Virus record (IMG/VR): IMGVR_UViG_3300049027_000059
Coordinates: 1-64,000 of that record
Length of the DNA: 64,000 nt
Reading direction: 5' to 3' (one strand)
Origin: a virus
The notes below the pieces were generated by a model, which did not search any database, was not told the DNA's origin, and saw only the letters and a program-made list of their open reading frames with translations. Below are positions 49,458 through 59,824 of this stretch, piece by piece. Both the position numbers and the translations under genes were made by a program. Numbering within the stretch: the stretch's first letter is position 1; every line of letters starts with the position of its first letter.

Positions 49458-51106
49458 TACTGTAATCGTTTAGCTGTTGGGTATTTTTTCTTAAAGGCCT
49501 CGAACTGACTGGCCGGTATTTCTCCCACCTTTCCATTCACTTCTACTTGTATGTTACCTGATGTAGCTGCTGGTTTAGTTGCTGCAGGCTTAGGAGCAGG
49601 TGCTACACCATCAGCAGGCCGGAAATTGCCCAATGCCTCTTTTATCGCTTTAGAGTTCTTTACATTAGTGGGTAGTGCCTTGTACGGGATCAGCATATCT
49701 GTGTAAATATTAGCTGCCCCGGGCACAGGTACTTTAATATGAACCATAGCCCGTTCTTCTACTGCGTCAGGATTAGTTGCTGCGAAATTAGGCTGAACTA
49801 TAGTCCCTTTCAGGGACTTACCGTTACCATCTACTCCGAACTTGGCAAAAGGAAAGTTACCTACTCCGACAATTTTAGCATCTACAGATGAAGGTAATCT
49901 TACATTCCTTGCACCCGTCGATAAGTTATAAGTAGGAAGGCCTACCAAGCTCTTAGCCGGAACCGACATTCCCACGTAATCTCTCACGTTCACGTTGGCC
50001 TTACCGTTGTTATAGGATATGTTAATATCCCGCGGGGTCTCCACGTCTTGTGTACCCTCTCTGGCATCCTTAGCCGCCTGACGGGCTTCAGACTGACGAC
50101 GTAATGCTAGATTTTGTCTTTGGTACTCAGTCAACTCATTAGGATCACGCCAAGGTTTTTCTTCACGCGACAAGTCTACACCTGAAGATGCTGCAGCCAC
50201 AAGGTCTTTCATTCCTGTATCGAACTTCTTTCGGGCGATAGTTTGCTTTTGCGCGAGGTCACTAACGTATCCAGCCATCTCGGGCGTATCAGGAAGGATG
50301 CCCTGGGCTGCCAGCCGTTTACGTTCTACTGGGTTACCTTGAATGTAGTCAGTGACCATTTTTACGTTTTCGTTGTACGAAGGTGCAAAACTTTTCACTT
50401 CCGGAAGATCAAAACCCGAAGTCATTTCTTTCAGGTAGTTCATTCCGCGAGGGTCCCTGATCAACGCGCCAACCAACATATTCTGAGTGGCGGGCTCGTC
50501 TACCTTTTTCTCTTCGATCTCTAATTTTTTTATCTTATCTACTACTGAATTTTTGTTGGTGATAGCTTTGAAATCTTTCAGATAATCGTTTACGTCAAAA
50601 CGTTCCGCCAACTGAGGGATGTCCAGGTTCTTTTCAAACGCATCAGATAGCTTGGTTTTACCGAAAAAATCGTGTATTTGCTGAATGGTCTTAGGATCGT
50701 ACTTGTCGGGATTAGCGTTAACTTTGGTTAATGCATCGTTAAGCCTTTCTTCCACTTTTTTGCGGTATCCTTGCTGAGCTTGAACGTAACGTTTGTCACG
50801 TTGGTATTCCAGCGCCTCGGGCGAACTCCCGTAAGGATTGACTCCTTTCTTTTGCAAGTCGATACCACGATTGATGAAATCCTTTTCTATGCCAGCCATG
50901 TCATTTGCCCACAGACGACCTTCACTAGCCGCCAGCTGGTTATCTCTCCAAGCCTTAGCTAAGTTCTGTGCTTCTAGTTCCTGCTGCCTTCTCAGGTTGG
51001 CTAACTGACCGCCAAATTGACCGGCGACAGGATTGACCCCAAAAACTTGCGCATTACCGGTTCCGGTGACTCCTTGTGGGACTGTGTTGTTCCAGTTAGT
51101 TGCCAT
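49457..51106 (-). CDS. virion-module protein
   Basis: 549-aa ORF with a 1-nt overlap on each side. Confidence 0.75.
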   Translation of the reverse strand: MATNWNNTVPQGVTGTGNAQVFGVNPVAGQFGGQLANLRRQQELEAQNLAKAWRDNQLAASEGRLWANDMAGIEKDFINRGIDLQKKGVNPYGSSPEALEYQRDKRYVQAQQGYRKKVEERLNDALTKVNANPDKYDPKTIQQIHDFFGKTKLSDAFEKNLDIPQLAERFDVNDYLKDFKAITNKNSVVDKIKKLEIEEKKVDEPATQNMLVGALIRDPRGMNYLKEMTSGFDLPEVKSFAPSYNENVKMVTDYIQGNPVERKRLAAQGILPDTPEMAGYVSDLAQKQTIARKKFDTGMKDLVAAASSGVDLSREEKPWRDPNELTEYQRQNLALRRQSEARQAAKDAREGTQDVETPRDINISYNNGKANVNVRDYVGMSVPAKSLVGLPTYNLSTGARNVRLPSSVDAKIVGVGNFPFAKFGVDGNGKSLKGTIVQPNFAATNPDAVEERAMVHIKVPVPGAANIYTDMLIPYKALPTNVKNSKAIKEALGNFRPADGVAPAPKPAATKPAATSGNIQVEVNGKVGEIPASQFEAFKKKYPTAKRLQ

Positions 51107-51699
51107 CAGGGTTGAAGTAAATTAACAGGATTTTTGCTGCGGTTAGGATTCATCAAAGCAGAGGTGCCTATAGAACTTATGCCTGTGATAGCGTTATTCA
51201 GGTTCTGATCGCTGGCGCCATACAGTGCAGCCGCTTCTTGTAGTTGCCCCATATACTGTTGCCGGTCGTAGGCGTTAGCGTCCTGACGCTCTTGTCCTGC
51301 TGCAGCATTAGCGTTTAAGAAACCACCCAAAGCCGCGTCTTTACCTTGCGCATTTTGTAACATCAGCTGGTTTTGTTGCTGACCGGTGCCATAAGCTATT
51401 TTAGTAGCCAGATCAAGGACATCACCTCCTGAAGAAGCGCCTTGCACACCTGTATTGAAAGCCGTAGCTGCATTAGTGCCTATTCGGTTAACCTGCGCAC
51501 TGTAACCCGGTAAAAGATAATTGCTGTAACGATTGCCAAGAATATCTGCATTTTGCAAAACGCCCGAATTCATCTCGTATCCCGGATTCACTGCATTTGC
51601 CCGAATACGTTTTGCCTGGCGTCGCTGTCCGACCGACCGGATTGCTCCGAATATACTTGGGATTGCTGCGGCAGCTGCTGCGGCTACTACTGGGACCAT
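51106..51699 (-). CDS. virion-module protein (Ala/Gly/Asn/Gln-rich)
   Basis: 197-aa ORF. Confidence 0.7.
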   Translation of the reverse strand: MVPVVAAAAAAAIPSIFGAIRSVGQRRQAKRIRANAVNPGYEMNSGVLQNADILGNRYSNYLLPGYSAQVNRIGTNAATAFNTGVQGASSGGDVLDLATKIAYGTGQQQNQLMLQNAQGKDAALGGFLNANAAAGQERQDANAYDRQQYMGQLQEAAALYGASDQNLNNAITGISSIGTSALMNPNRSKNPVNLLQP

Positions 51700-51716
51700 G
51701 TTATAAAATTAATAAT

Positions 51717-52628
51717 TTAATACGTATAATTTTGTTTACTCACGATAAAATCTATACTTAGAGTACGTATCTCGTCGGTACTCTCGTTTTCCAACGTAAT
51801 AATAGCGTAATTCCCCTGTAAATCTGCTCCGTTAAATAACGCCTCTAACTGTGTATCAAACCGAGGATCGGTCATATCACGTAAAAAATTCGCGAAAAAG
51901 TCACCATTATTCAACACCTCAAAGTTACCGGATTTAATCAAAGATTCCATACCGTTCACTTTTCCCTCGCTTGGCGGTATAACTATCGAGGTGATACCCC
52001 ATACTTTATTGCTTTTTTGTCGAACACTAAACAAGTTCTTAATCTCCGTAGGGTTAGCGTTGACTACCAATACGATCTTGGACTTATACTGCACTCCAAA
52101 GAAGTTACTGCGTGTAAGGTTGGTATTCATTTTCCATAAACGACCATCTTTGAACGCAAAGAAATCGTTCAGGAATTTGAGCATATTTTCCCGTTCGCCG
52201 GAGTAATAGGTAGGCCACCGGTTCTTATCGATGTTAAACGCCAATACCTTACCGTTGTCTGGATTTTCCAGCACAGGGTAAATGTTGAAGTACTTCACGC
52301 CAAGTTCTCCATCGGAATAGAACTGCACGAGCAGATTATCCGGATTATTAGGCACAACTATAGTTTGCTTAACTTCCTGATTGGCCGTAACAGACGCACC
52401 TGCTACTCCGCCCACAATCACGTTCACGCCTCCTGACACATAATCCACCACTTCAAACTCCGCTACGTATGTAGTGTTTTCTGATACGGGTATGTTCTTT
52501 AGCTTAATGTATCCTGAAAAGCATGGATCGTGATACGCTATGCCGTTAGAAATACGCCAGCCGTTATCGATGGCTACCTGAGCCAAATCGATCATCATCG
52601 GTGTGTTTTTAAGCGTTACAAAGCCCAT
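51717..52628 (-). CDS. virion-module protein
   Basis: 303-aa ORF. Confidence 0.7.
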   Translation of the reverse strand: MGFVTLKNTPMMIDLAQVAIDNGWRISNGIAYHDPCFSGYIKLKNIPVSENTTYVAEFEVVDYVSGGVNVIVGGVAGASVTANQEVKQTIVVPNNPDNLLVQFYSDGELGVKYFNIYPVLENPDNGKVLAFNIDKNRWPTYYSGERENMLKFLNDFFAFKDGRLWKMNTNLTRSNFFGVQYKSKIVLVVNANPTEIKNLFSVRQKSNKVWGITSIVIPPSEGKVNGMESLIKSGNFEVLNNGDFFANFLRDMTDPRFDTQLEALFNGADLQGNYAIITLENESTDEIRTLSIDFIVSKQNYTY

Positions 52629-55600
52629 TATACAGAACAGCCCCCTCCTGTGGATGCGCCTACTACTGCCGTAATAGCGTTTATGTGGTAAATGTCGTCG
52701 CCTTCTCTCACAATGTAATCAAATCCAGTCAGAGGGAAAGCCAAAGCAGGATCGCTATACACTGTAACTCCTGGTTCTATGTTACTATAAGCTGCAGAGA
52801 TGTACACCGTAACAGGAGCGTTATCGCATATCAACAACAATTCCATATCTAATCTCACACCCGAGATAGGCACAGAGTCTTCTGATGGACATGCTTCAGG
52901 ATCGTACACAGGTGCTATGTAATCCGGATCGCTATCTACGTTAGGCTTGGTAGCGCCGGTATTTATTCCTGTGGCCACTGTGTACTCTTCTAAAGTTGCG
53001 TAGTACAAATATCCTTGCTCTTCTCCCGTGCCGCAAGTATCGCTGCCCGGCTGAACTCTCCATGCCAGTCCTCCTGCGGACTCAGTACGTATGGTCCACT
53101 CATCGCTAACGCCTCCTATGGTCACATTAGTGGCAACAGTGGTATCGTTAGACGCAGAAGTGGTGTTACGCAACTTTATCGTGTCTGTGTTACCTACTGT
53201 TCCGGCAGCGCTAGTCCACGCTCCGCCGCTGATCTGGTACTCCGCTCCACCTGTAAGTGCATTCACCGGGTACAATGGATAAGAACCTCCCGGAGTAACC
53301 TCATTAGATTCTACAAGGGTACTGACAGGCAATCCAGACTGGTCAACGAAGCTAATTGGTGGAGGGGTGTTAATATTGCACGTACCGTTGTCATTGGCAT
53401 TCGATTGTCCGAACGTAGCTATTTCATCCGCAGCTTGCTGGTCAGCATCTTCCTGACTGATAGGCGAACTGTATTTCTGAGCCGGCACCGCATAAGGCAC
53501 GACTGATCCATGGTAGCCGGGATTGCAATCATTCTTGGTAAAATTAACAGATACAGCCGCGTTGTAGAAAATAGCCGGAGCTGGCGGTATAGGTACATCG
53601 TCCACCCGCATACACAGTTTTTTAGGATTGCTCCATCCTGCACTGATACTCCATCTGAAGAAAGACGGGTCTGATCCAGTAAAGTTATTATCTGGTGTAT
53701 AGGTGGTTACACCTTCTGCCGTTGGGGCACTATCATCGCCATTTACCGGTTGAGTAGTAATTTCAAAAACGGTATCCTCGGGCAGATCATCATCGTACAA
53801 TTCCCAATATGCTTCAGTGAAAGAACCTTTGTATATGTAAGGTTTGTAGGGTTCAAAAGCCAGTATACGTTCACTATTCTGCCGGTCGAATCCGCCAAAT
53901 ATGAACGATCCGTATTTTTGCGCTGTTTCGATGTACTCCCGTACGGTCTTAGACAGGCCAAACTGATGCGATGTAGGTAACACCCCATCCCCGCCTATCC
54001 GGCAATCCGTGCCTGAGTTAGGAGAAAGAAAATATTGCCACGTTTGATCCGAAGCATAGCTTTCCGGATTGTTTCCGATCCCGCCTTCCCAGGAGAACGT
54101 TTGATATTGGTTGAGAAATTGCTTAGTAGTTGCCAATGACGGATTGCCGTCACTGGTTGTAATGATGCTATTCAGGATGCCGATGTAGCCGACTCTCAGT
54201 TGCTTGTATGCGTATAAGAGACGATCACGGTATTTAAGCAACATGAAATCGCCCCATGGATCGTTATAATCTTCCCGATCTAGATTATCGAAATCGTTCA
54301 AACCGTTGATCCGTGTTCCCTCGATGTAATTGTTGCTGTAACGCAGGCGTGAGCCAAAGCGTATCTCGCCACTGCCGTCATCTTCGGGTGCCGTTTTGCC
54401 GTTATTATTAAGGTTGCTTTCAAAGAAGTCGGAATAACTGTTATCCTCAATCAAATCAATGATAGCTTGTGTACCAGGTATGGCGTTATTAGTGGGCAAC
54501 TGCCGGTTGCGCACATAAGAGGTTCCTTGTGAAACAGTAACGATAGCCGGCGTATTGGCAGGATCGTTAGGGTCTTGATTTTGCGTGTTACCTGTATGTG
54601 ATCGCTGAGCCGTGCCGGCGTTCTGTATGGCATACTTCTGGCCAAATAAATAAAAGTTCTTTTGAGCGGTTTCTACGTTCTGCGTAGGCTTATACACCTC
54701 AATCAGTGAGTTATCTTCAATGGTAACGCCTATAGGCTTACGGACGCGAATAACGCCCCGTTTATCTACGATTTGGAAAGTAGCATATTTCTCAGCAGTA
54801 CCAAAAGTACTTTCCAACGTGTAAGTAGTTCCAGAAGGCACGCCGATGATCTGGCGTTCTATACCATCAATTACGATGTACCTACCGATATTATCTGTAC
54901 TAGTAGCCCCTCCGATTGTAACAACGTTGGTATTATCCGTAGTTACGTCCTGATCAACTGTGAGAGAAGTTCCCACTTCCTTGAAGTCCAGAACGATAGT
55001 TTCAATAAAAGGATAATACGTGCCACTGTCTTCCTTTTTGATAAGACGTACCCTGTCATTCTTTGCAAATTCATATCTTACAATAGTGTTAGGATACATT
55101 TTTTGGTACGTGTATAGCGAACCTATCACTAAATCTACATAGTCAGTATCCGTAGTGCTTTGGCTTTCAATAGCTTTTTGGATCAGAATCTGAATGTAAT
55201 CGTTGGCGCCATCACCATAGGTCAATCCAGTTGTACGAACCAGTTCCCAGTGCGTAGCCCATTCGGGCGGCAAAGAGTGAATGCTCAGAACGTGCTCTAT
55301 TTTTTTGAATCCGTTACTTTGAGTTACAAAGTCATTTCGTACAAAACCTCCTGAGTGCGTGTATACGTTAGACCGATAAGTATCTTCGTTCCAATAAAGG
55401 ATGCCGTAATTCACCGAATCGCCCGACTTTTGAGTGAGCACGGACTGCCCGTTATCTTTAAGCGTTTGAGTGGATACAGGCGTTACCTGGCCAGTGAATT
55501 CTGTAGCATTGGCTTTATTCTCGCCTTGCCAGATGAATTTAAATGTCACGTTTCCAGGAACATCAATTTCATTTTCCCAAATATCCGTGTCAGGAAGTTC

Positions 55601-56971
55601 GGGACTTGTAGACAATATGCGTCCGGTTTTTATTAATAACTGCTTAAAGGCGTTGGCTACGGTTATGGCAGTGTCGGCATTTGTGGCCGTGTAAGTGAAA
55701 AACTGATTATCGTTCTCGCCGTTTCGGGCATACAGGTTAAACACGTTACCTGCTTTCACATCATGGCCAATCGTTGCTTCAATCAAAGAGTTACGCCGGC
55801 GACCTTTCCCTTGGCGGGTAAAGTCGTAATCTAACATTACCACAGTGAAATCTGGATCATTCAATTCATTCACAACATCCGATGCCACGAACAAATCAGA
55901 GTAGTTGACCTCAGATGACAATACTACGTTCACTACTGGGAATCCTTCTATCCCTTTTCCATACACCATGGCATTATGACAGAAAGCCTGTAAAGCCGCC
56001 CGGCGAGGCATGAAAGAACATGCACGATATACCTTCAGCTGATCAAGTCCCGAATAGGAGGTATTGTCATTATAAAAATTGTACGTGTAGGTGCTATCGT
56101 CCGGAATGCCTTCTTTTGATTTATTCAGAACAATAACTGATACAAAGTCATTACTGCCATCCTTAATGGCAATCTCTAAGTGGGTAACAGTACGCGGACC
56201 GGTTTCTACGACAATCTGCAGCACATTATTTACGTTACTGAGTGCTGGATTGCCAGTAAACCCATTACTCACCGGGAGAGCCACATTACTGAACTCGGAC
56301 CAGTTATTCTTCTCCCCGTCGTCAAACCACTGTCTAACGGATGATTTGTACATGTGGCCGTATACAAAGTTCGTATCTCTGGTGCTGTCGGTGGTATACG
56401 CTGTAACAGGGGCATTGGCCGCTAGTTTGTAAGCGTTAATGTCAGTAGCAGTTATAATAGCGCCATAGCCGGTAGGGCTTTTATCCAGTGCTTTTTGTAT
56501 GTTGAATTTCTTCTGTTTCACACTACCATCGTAGTGGCACCAGTATATCAGGTCATTCCCGTTAGGTCCTTTGATCACATCCATCATCAATACCAGTGAC
56601 CTCTTCTGAAATTGAAGGATGTCTATATTTCCGGTATCGGTCAAATTGATCATTACCGGGATAACCTTATCAAGCAAATAGTCGAATAAGTAAACGCCGT
56701 GATACCCGTTCTCGTTCCAATTCAGCCAGTAGAATTTGTTGTTTTCAGTATCCGCATGTGATCCGAGACAGAAATTTTCACCTGCCGGTAAATCAAACGG
56801 TATCTCAGTATTTCCTTTAGGATTGGTAACTACGAATTCTTCTCCCGCCTGGAATATGCGAATGTTAACTCCTTCATAGTACATGTCAGGAGGTAGCATC
56901 CACAAGCTAACGTCACGGTTCATGCCACCAGAAAAAGTATGTTTTACGACTAATTTTTCAGGAGACGGCAT
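52628..56971 (-). CDS. very large virion structural protein
   Basis: 1447-aa ORF, beta-rich composition, no recognised enzymatic motif. Confidence 0.8.
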   Translation of the reverse strand: MPSPEKLVVKHTFSGGMNRDVSLWMLPPDMYYEGVNIRIFQAGEEFVVTNPKGNTEIPFDLPAGENFCLGSHADTENNKFYWLNWNENGYHGVYLFDYLLDKVIPVMINLTDTGNIDILQFQKRSLVLMMDVIKGPNGNDLIYWCHYDGSVKQKKFNIQKALDKSPTGYGAIITATDINAYKLAANAPVTAYTTDSTRDTNFVYGHMYKSSVRQWFDDGEKNNWSEFSNVALPVSNGFTGNPALSNVNNVLQIVVETGPRTVTHLEIAIKDGSNDFVSVIVLNKSKEGIPDDSTYTYNFYNDNTSYSGLDQLKVYRACSFMPRRAALQAFCHNAMVYGKGIEGFPVVNVVLSSEVNYSDLFVASDVVNELNDPDFTVVMLDYDFTRQGKGRRRNSLIEATIGHDVKAGNVFNLYARNGENDNQFFTYTATNADTAITVANAFKQLLIKTGRILSTSPELPDTDIWENEIDVPGNVTFKFIWQGENKANATEFTGQVTPVSTQTLKDNGQSVLTQKSGDSVNYGILYWNEDTYRSNVYTHSGGFVRNDFVTQSNGFKKIEHVLSIHSLPPEWATHWELVRTTGLTYGDGANDYIQILIQKAIESQSTTDTDYVDLVIGSLYTYQKMYPNTIVRYEFAKNDRVRLIKKEDSGTYYPFIETIVLDFKEVGTSLTVDQDVTTDNTNVVTIGGATSTDNIGRYIVIDGIERQIIGVPSGTTYTLESTFGTAEKYATFQIVDKRGVIRVRKPIGVTIEDNSLIEVYKPTQNVETAQKNFYLFGQKYAIQNAGTAQRSHTGNTQNQDPNDPANTPAIVTVSQGTSYVRNRQLPTNNAIPGTQAIIDLIEDNSYSDFFESNLNNNGKTAPEDDGSGEIRFGSRLRYSNNYIEGTRINGLNDFDNLDREDYNDPWGDFMLLKYRDRLLYAYKQLRVGYIGILNSIITTSDGNPSLATTKQFLNQYQTFSWEGGIGNNPESYASDQTWQYFLSPNSGTDCRIGGDGVLPTSHQFGLSKTVREYIETAQKYGSFIFGGFDRQNSERILAFEPYKPYIYKGSFTEAYWELYDDDLPEDTVFEITTQPVNGDDSAPTAEGVTTYTPDNNFTGSDPSFFRWSISAGWSNPKKLCMRVDDVPIPPAPAIFYNAAVSVNFTKNDCNPGYHGSVVPYAVPAQKYSSPISQEDADQQAADEIATFGQSNANDNGTCNINTPPPISFVDQSGLPVSTLVESNEVTPGGSYPLYPVNALTGGAEYQISGGAWTSAAGTVGNTDTIKLRNTTSASNDTTVATNVTIGGVSDEWTIRTESAGGLAWRVQPGSDTCGTGEEQGYLYYATLEEYTVATGINTGATKPNVDSDPDYIAPVYDPEACPSEDSVPISGVRLDMELLLICDNAPVTVYISAAYSNIEPGVTVYSDPALAFPLTGFDYIVREGDDIYHINAITAVVGASTGGGCSV

Positions 56972-56972
56972 T

Positions 56973-57725
56973 TTAGTAGTTAGTAGGGCTAATAGATTGG
57001 TTTACTTTTATAGCAAAGTCGATAGGGTTCTGGTGATTGTAGAACCTTTTCAGCATATTATATTTCTTCTTATACTTCACATCGTTACTATCCGCCAAGG
57101 CGGGATTTTTGTCTGCATAGAACATGGACTTGGCGTAAAATGTAAGACATTCTTTCAATTCCATAGGCACCATAACCACGCCTTGCGATATGCCGTTTCC
57201 TACGTATTCTACGATTATCTGTGAGTCTGCCGGTATGTTGCCGCCTAGATAGATCAAGCCCTCGTTAGTGTCGATGCTATACGTGCCCGCATTAGCCACT
57301 CCGCGACCGCTACCATACAATTCGCCATAATAAGTGCCTTGCAAGTCCCAGGCATTGTAAAAAGCGTATTGCGGACCTAAATCCGCACCGTTCCAAGCGG
57401 CATTAAGATAATCGCATGTTTCCGTATCGCTGAGCACGCGTCTTTTCACTTCAGTACTTAACGTTAGAATAGCAATACAGGAGTAGCCGGGCCGGCGCAC
57501 TCCCACCTTCGTAACGTACTGAAAATCGCAAGGCATTGCTATTACGTTACTATATTCCAGTATGACACTTTTTACTTCTCGCTTACCGATAAGAAACATA
57601 TTAAGCTGCCGATATCCGTCGAGCAGATGCCGTGCAAATTTCGCTTTGAATTTAAAAGTACTATCTCCTAGATCGGAGCAGCAATCATTAGCGATTACAT
57701 CCAAAGGTATGAGTGAACGAGCCAT
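56973..57725 (-). CDS. virion-module protein
   Basis: 250-aa ORF. Confidence 0.7.
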   Translation of the reverse strand: MARSLIPLDVIANDCCSDLGDSTFKFKAKFARHLLDGYRQLNMFLIGKREVKSVILEYSNVIAMPCDFQYVTKVGVRRPGYSCIAILTLSTEVKRRVLSDTETCDYLNAAWNGADLGPQYAFYNAWDLQGTYYGELYGSGRGVANAGTYSIDTNEGLIYLGGNIPADSQIIVEYVGNGISQGVVMVPMELKECLTFYAKSMFYADKNPALADSNDVKYKKKYNMLKRFYNHQNPIDFAIKVNQSISPTNY

Positions 57726-57728
57726 GGT

Positions 57729-58343
57729 TTAAACGTCTGCTGCATTAACGTCTCTTGCGTTTGCAAGAGCATTGTAAGGAAATCTGGTAGCGAACCATTT
57801 GATCATTAATGATAAAACATCATTCTCACTTCCTGCCTGTAATGGTGCCACGTCGTCGTCCCCTAAATCTTCAATCTTAACTATGACTTGACAGTTGATT
57901 GTTTCTGCTAAGGGATTAACGCCGTACAACACTATCTTTCCGCCTGTTTCCCTATACCACCCCATTCCCGGCGTGAGCTTGCTATAATACTCTATGTTGC
58001 CCATATCAGCATCTGAAACAGGCGCATATTGAGTACCGCAATTATCGTATACAAACCGGATTCCCATCCCGCCTTTAAGAGGAACAGTGCCTACTGTCAG
58101 GGTGAAACTCGGTAACCTAGCGGTTCTGCTGATGCTTAAGTCATTAAATACGGTGTAGAACTCACTCGGATAGTCACGATCATCTTCTGTCTGCCTATTC
58201 AGATTGTACGCCTTGTCCATGGCGTAGTTGATTGCAGCAGGAAGATACGTCCGAATATCGGCGCGCATGATGGTACTGTCAGGGCTTGGATTATCCCCGT
58301 TAACCTTCAGGTACACTAACTCTATGAGTTCTCCTACAGTCAT
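57729..58343 (-). CDS. virion-module protein
   Basis: 204-aa ORF. Confidence 0.7.
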   Translation of the reverse strand: MTVGELIELVYLKVNGDNPSPDSTIMRADIRTYLPAAINYAMDKAYNLNRQTEDDRDYPSEFYTVFNDLSISRTARLPSFTLTVGTVPLKGGMGIRFVYDNCGTQYAPVSDADMGNIEYYSKLTPGMGWYRETGGKIVLYGVNPLAETINCQVIVKIEDLGDDDVAPLQAGSENDVLSLMIKWFATRFPYNALANARDVNAADV

Positions 58344-58843
58344 TATTTCTTACGTAATATACCTAAATATAAAGTTCCGTTCAAAGTATCTTTTTGACCT
58401 TTAACTTTTTTAAGCAGCTGCGGATCAGAAACCCAGGTTAACTCGCCTTTTGACACCTCTTTAGGCTCATCGGCTGCAGTAACGTCTTCTACTTCGTTCG
58501 ACTCTTCATACAATTTTGCAGCAGCTTCTTTATCGACGGCCACCTCGTCCACAGGAGGAAGATCGTTGTCATCTTTTAGTACCGCATCTTTAAGAGGAAG
58601 GACTTCTTCGCTGGTCTCTACTTTATCAACTTTTTGTTCTTCAGGAAGTTCTACCGCTATACCACCTTCAAATGGTGCAGGTTTTTGCGGATCAGCTTGC
58701 GGCTGTTCCTGTAGATTTTCTACCTTCGGCTCTTCCTTTTTAGGAGTCTCTTCCTTTTTAGGAGTCTCTTTTTCGGCTTTAACAGCCGGTTTGTCCTGGG
58801 TCTTGTTAGCAGCAGATTTACCGCCGTTGTTTGATTTGGCCAT
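58343..58843 (-). CDS. Lys/Glu/Pro-rich low-complexity protein
   Basis: 166 aa with a repeated ETPKKEE. Confidence 0.6.
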   Translation of the reverse strand: MAKSNNGGKSAANKTQDKPAVKAEKETPKKEETPKKEEPKVENLQEQPQADPQKPAPFEGGIAVELPEEQKVDKVETSEEVLPLKDAVLKDDNDLPPVDEVAVDKEAAAKLYEESNEVEDVTAADEPKEVSKGELTWVSDPQLLKKVKGQKDTLNGTLYLGILRKK

Positions 58844-58848
58844 GTTTA

Positions 58849-59475
58849 TTATGCTTTTGAGGTTTCAAATTGAAGTCCGAGTTGACCTACGGACATTAAT
58901 AAATCTTCTTTAAGTTCTACGCCCAATTTTTGCTGCATAAGTGCCAATATTAGGTTAAAAGCGCTTTCAGGCCATTCCAGATCACCATCTGATGTGGGCT
59001 CTAAATAGTCTCTGTTGGCATCCGATACCGGCGTCAAAGTAATCGCAGCTTCCTCGGGTTGACGCACGTATTGCATGGTGCCAGCCAGGGACCCGGAATG
59101 TATGTATTTCAAGCCGCCATCTTCCAAATAGAAGTACGCTGAAGGATTTTTAGCTGAAGGATTCCGTATCGGGCTGCTTTGGATAATGGAAGCCTGTAAA
59201 GGCGTAATGGGAGTAGCAGGTATGTCGTTGATGGTAGCACCTAAAAAATAGAAACAGTCATCCGGCTTGGTCTCTGATACATCTACGTTCATGACGAATG
59301 GTGCCAGTAACTCCTGTACGTACATATTAGCAGCATATTTTGGGGCTAAAAGACCCATAGCACTGGTTTGCACAGAAGCCAGATCGCGATTAAACTCAGC
59401 AGCGGATTGGTAGCCTGAAGTACCCGTTTTGGCACTATCCATTAAGGTATTCCAGAGCCTGACTACCTCGATCAT
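58849..59475 (-). CDS. virion-module protein
   Basis: 208-aa ORF. Confidence 0.7.
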   Translation of the reverse strand: MIEVVRLWNTLMDSAKTGTSGYQSAAEFNRDLASVQTSAMGLLAPKYAANMYVQELLAPFVMNVDVSETKPDDCFYFLGATINDIPATPITPLQASIIQSSPIRNPSAKNPSAYFYLEDGGLKYIHSGSLAGTMQYVRQPEEAAITLTPVSDANRDYLEPTSDGDLEWPESAFNLILALMQQKLGVELKEDLLMSVGQLGLQFETSKA

Positions 59476-59732
59476 TATTTCTTCTTAGTTAATTGACGAA
59501 TAACATCGCTTGCCTGAGCTCCGTACTCATCAATCTGTCCAGGGCGTTTGATAGGATCGCCTATCAATTTACCTCTGCCCGCTTTAACTAACGAATCTAC
59601 GGTAGATTTGGCCACTTCTCCGGAAGGGTAAAGTTTAGCTTTGGCCTCTGTAGCCTTCTTGTAGCGTTTAGCGGTAATTACTACCTCACCAAGCATTTTT
59701 GCTCTTGGAGGGGTTGTAGGATCATTAGCCAT
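59475..59732 (-). CDS. small basic protein
   Basis: 85-aa ORF, first gene after the terminator. Confidence 0.6.
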   Translation of the reverse strand: MANDPTTPPRAKMLGEVVITAKRYKKATEAKAKLYPSGEVAKSTVDSLVKAGRGKLIGDPIKRPGQIDEYGAQASDVIRQLTKKK

Positions 59733-59771
59733 AGCAATTTTTTCTTTAAAGGTAGTACATTTTTAATAAAA

Positions 59772-59803
59772 CAAAAAATCCCGCATTTGATGTGCGGGAT
59801 TTT
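59772..59803 (-). terminator. intrinsic (bidirectional-looking) terminator
   Basis: ATCCCGCA-N7-TGCGGGAT flanked by A6 and T4. On the minus strand it is followed by TTTTTTG. Confidence 0.75.
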
Positions 59804-59824
59804 AAAATTTATTTCAAATTGACT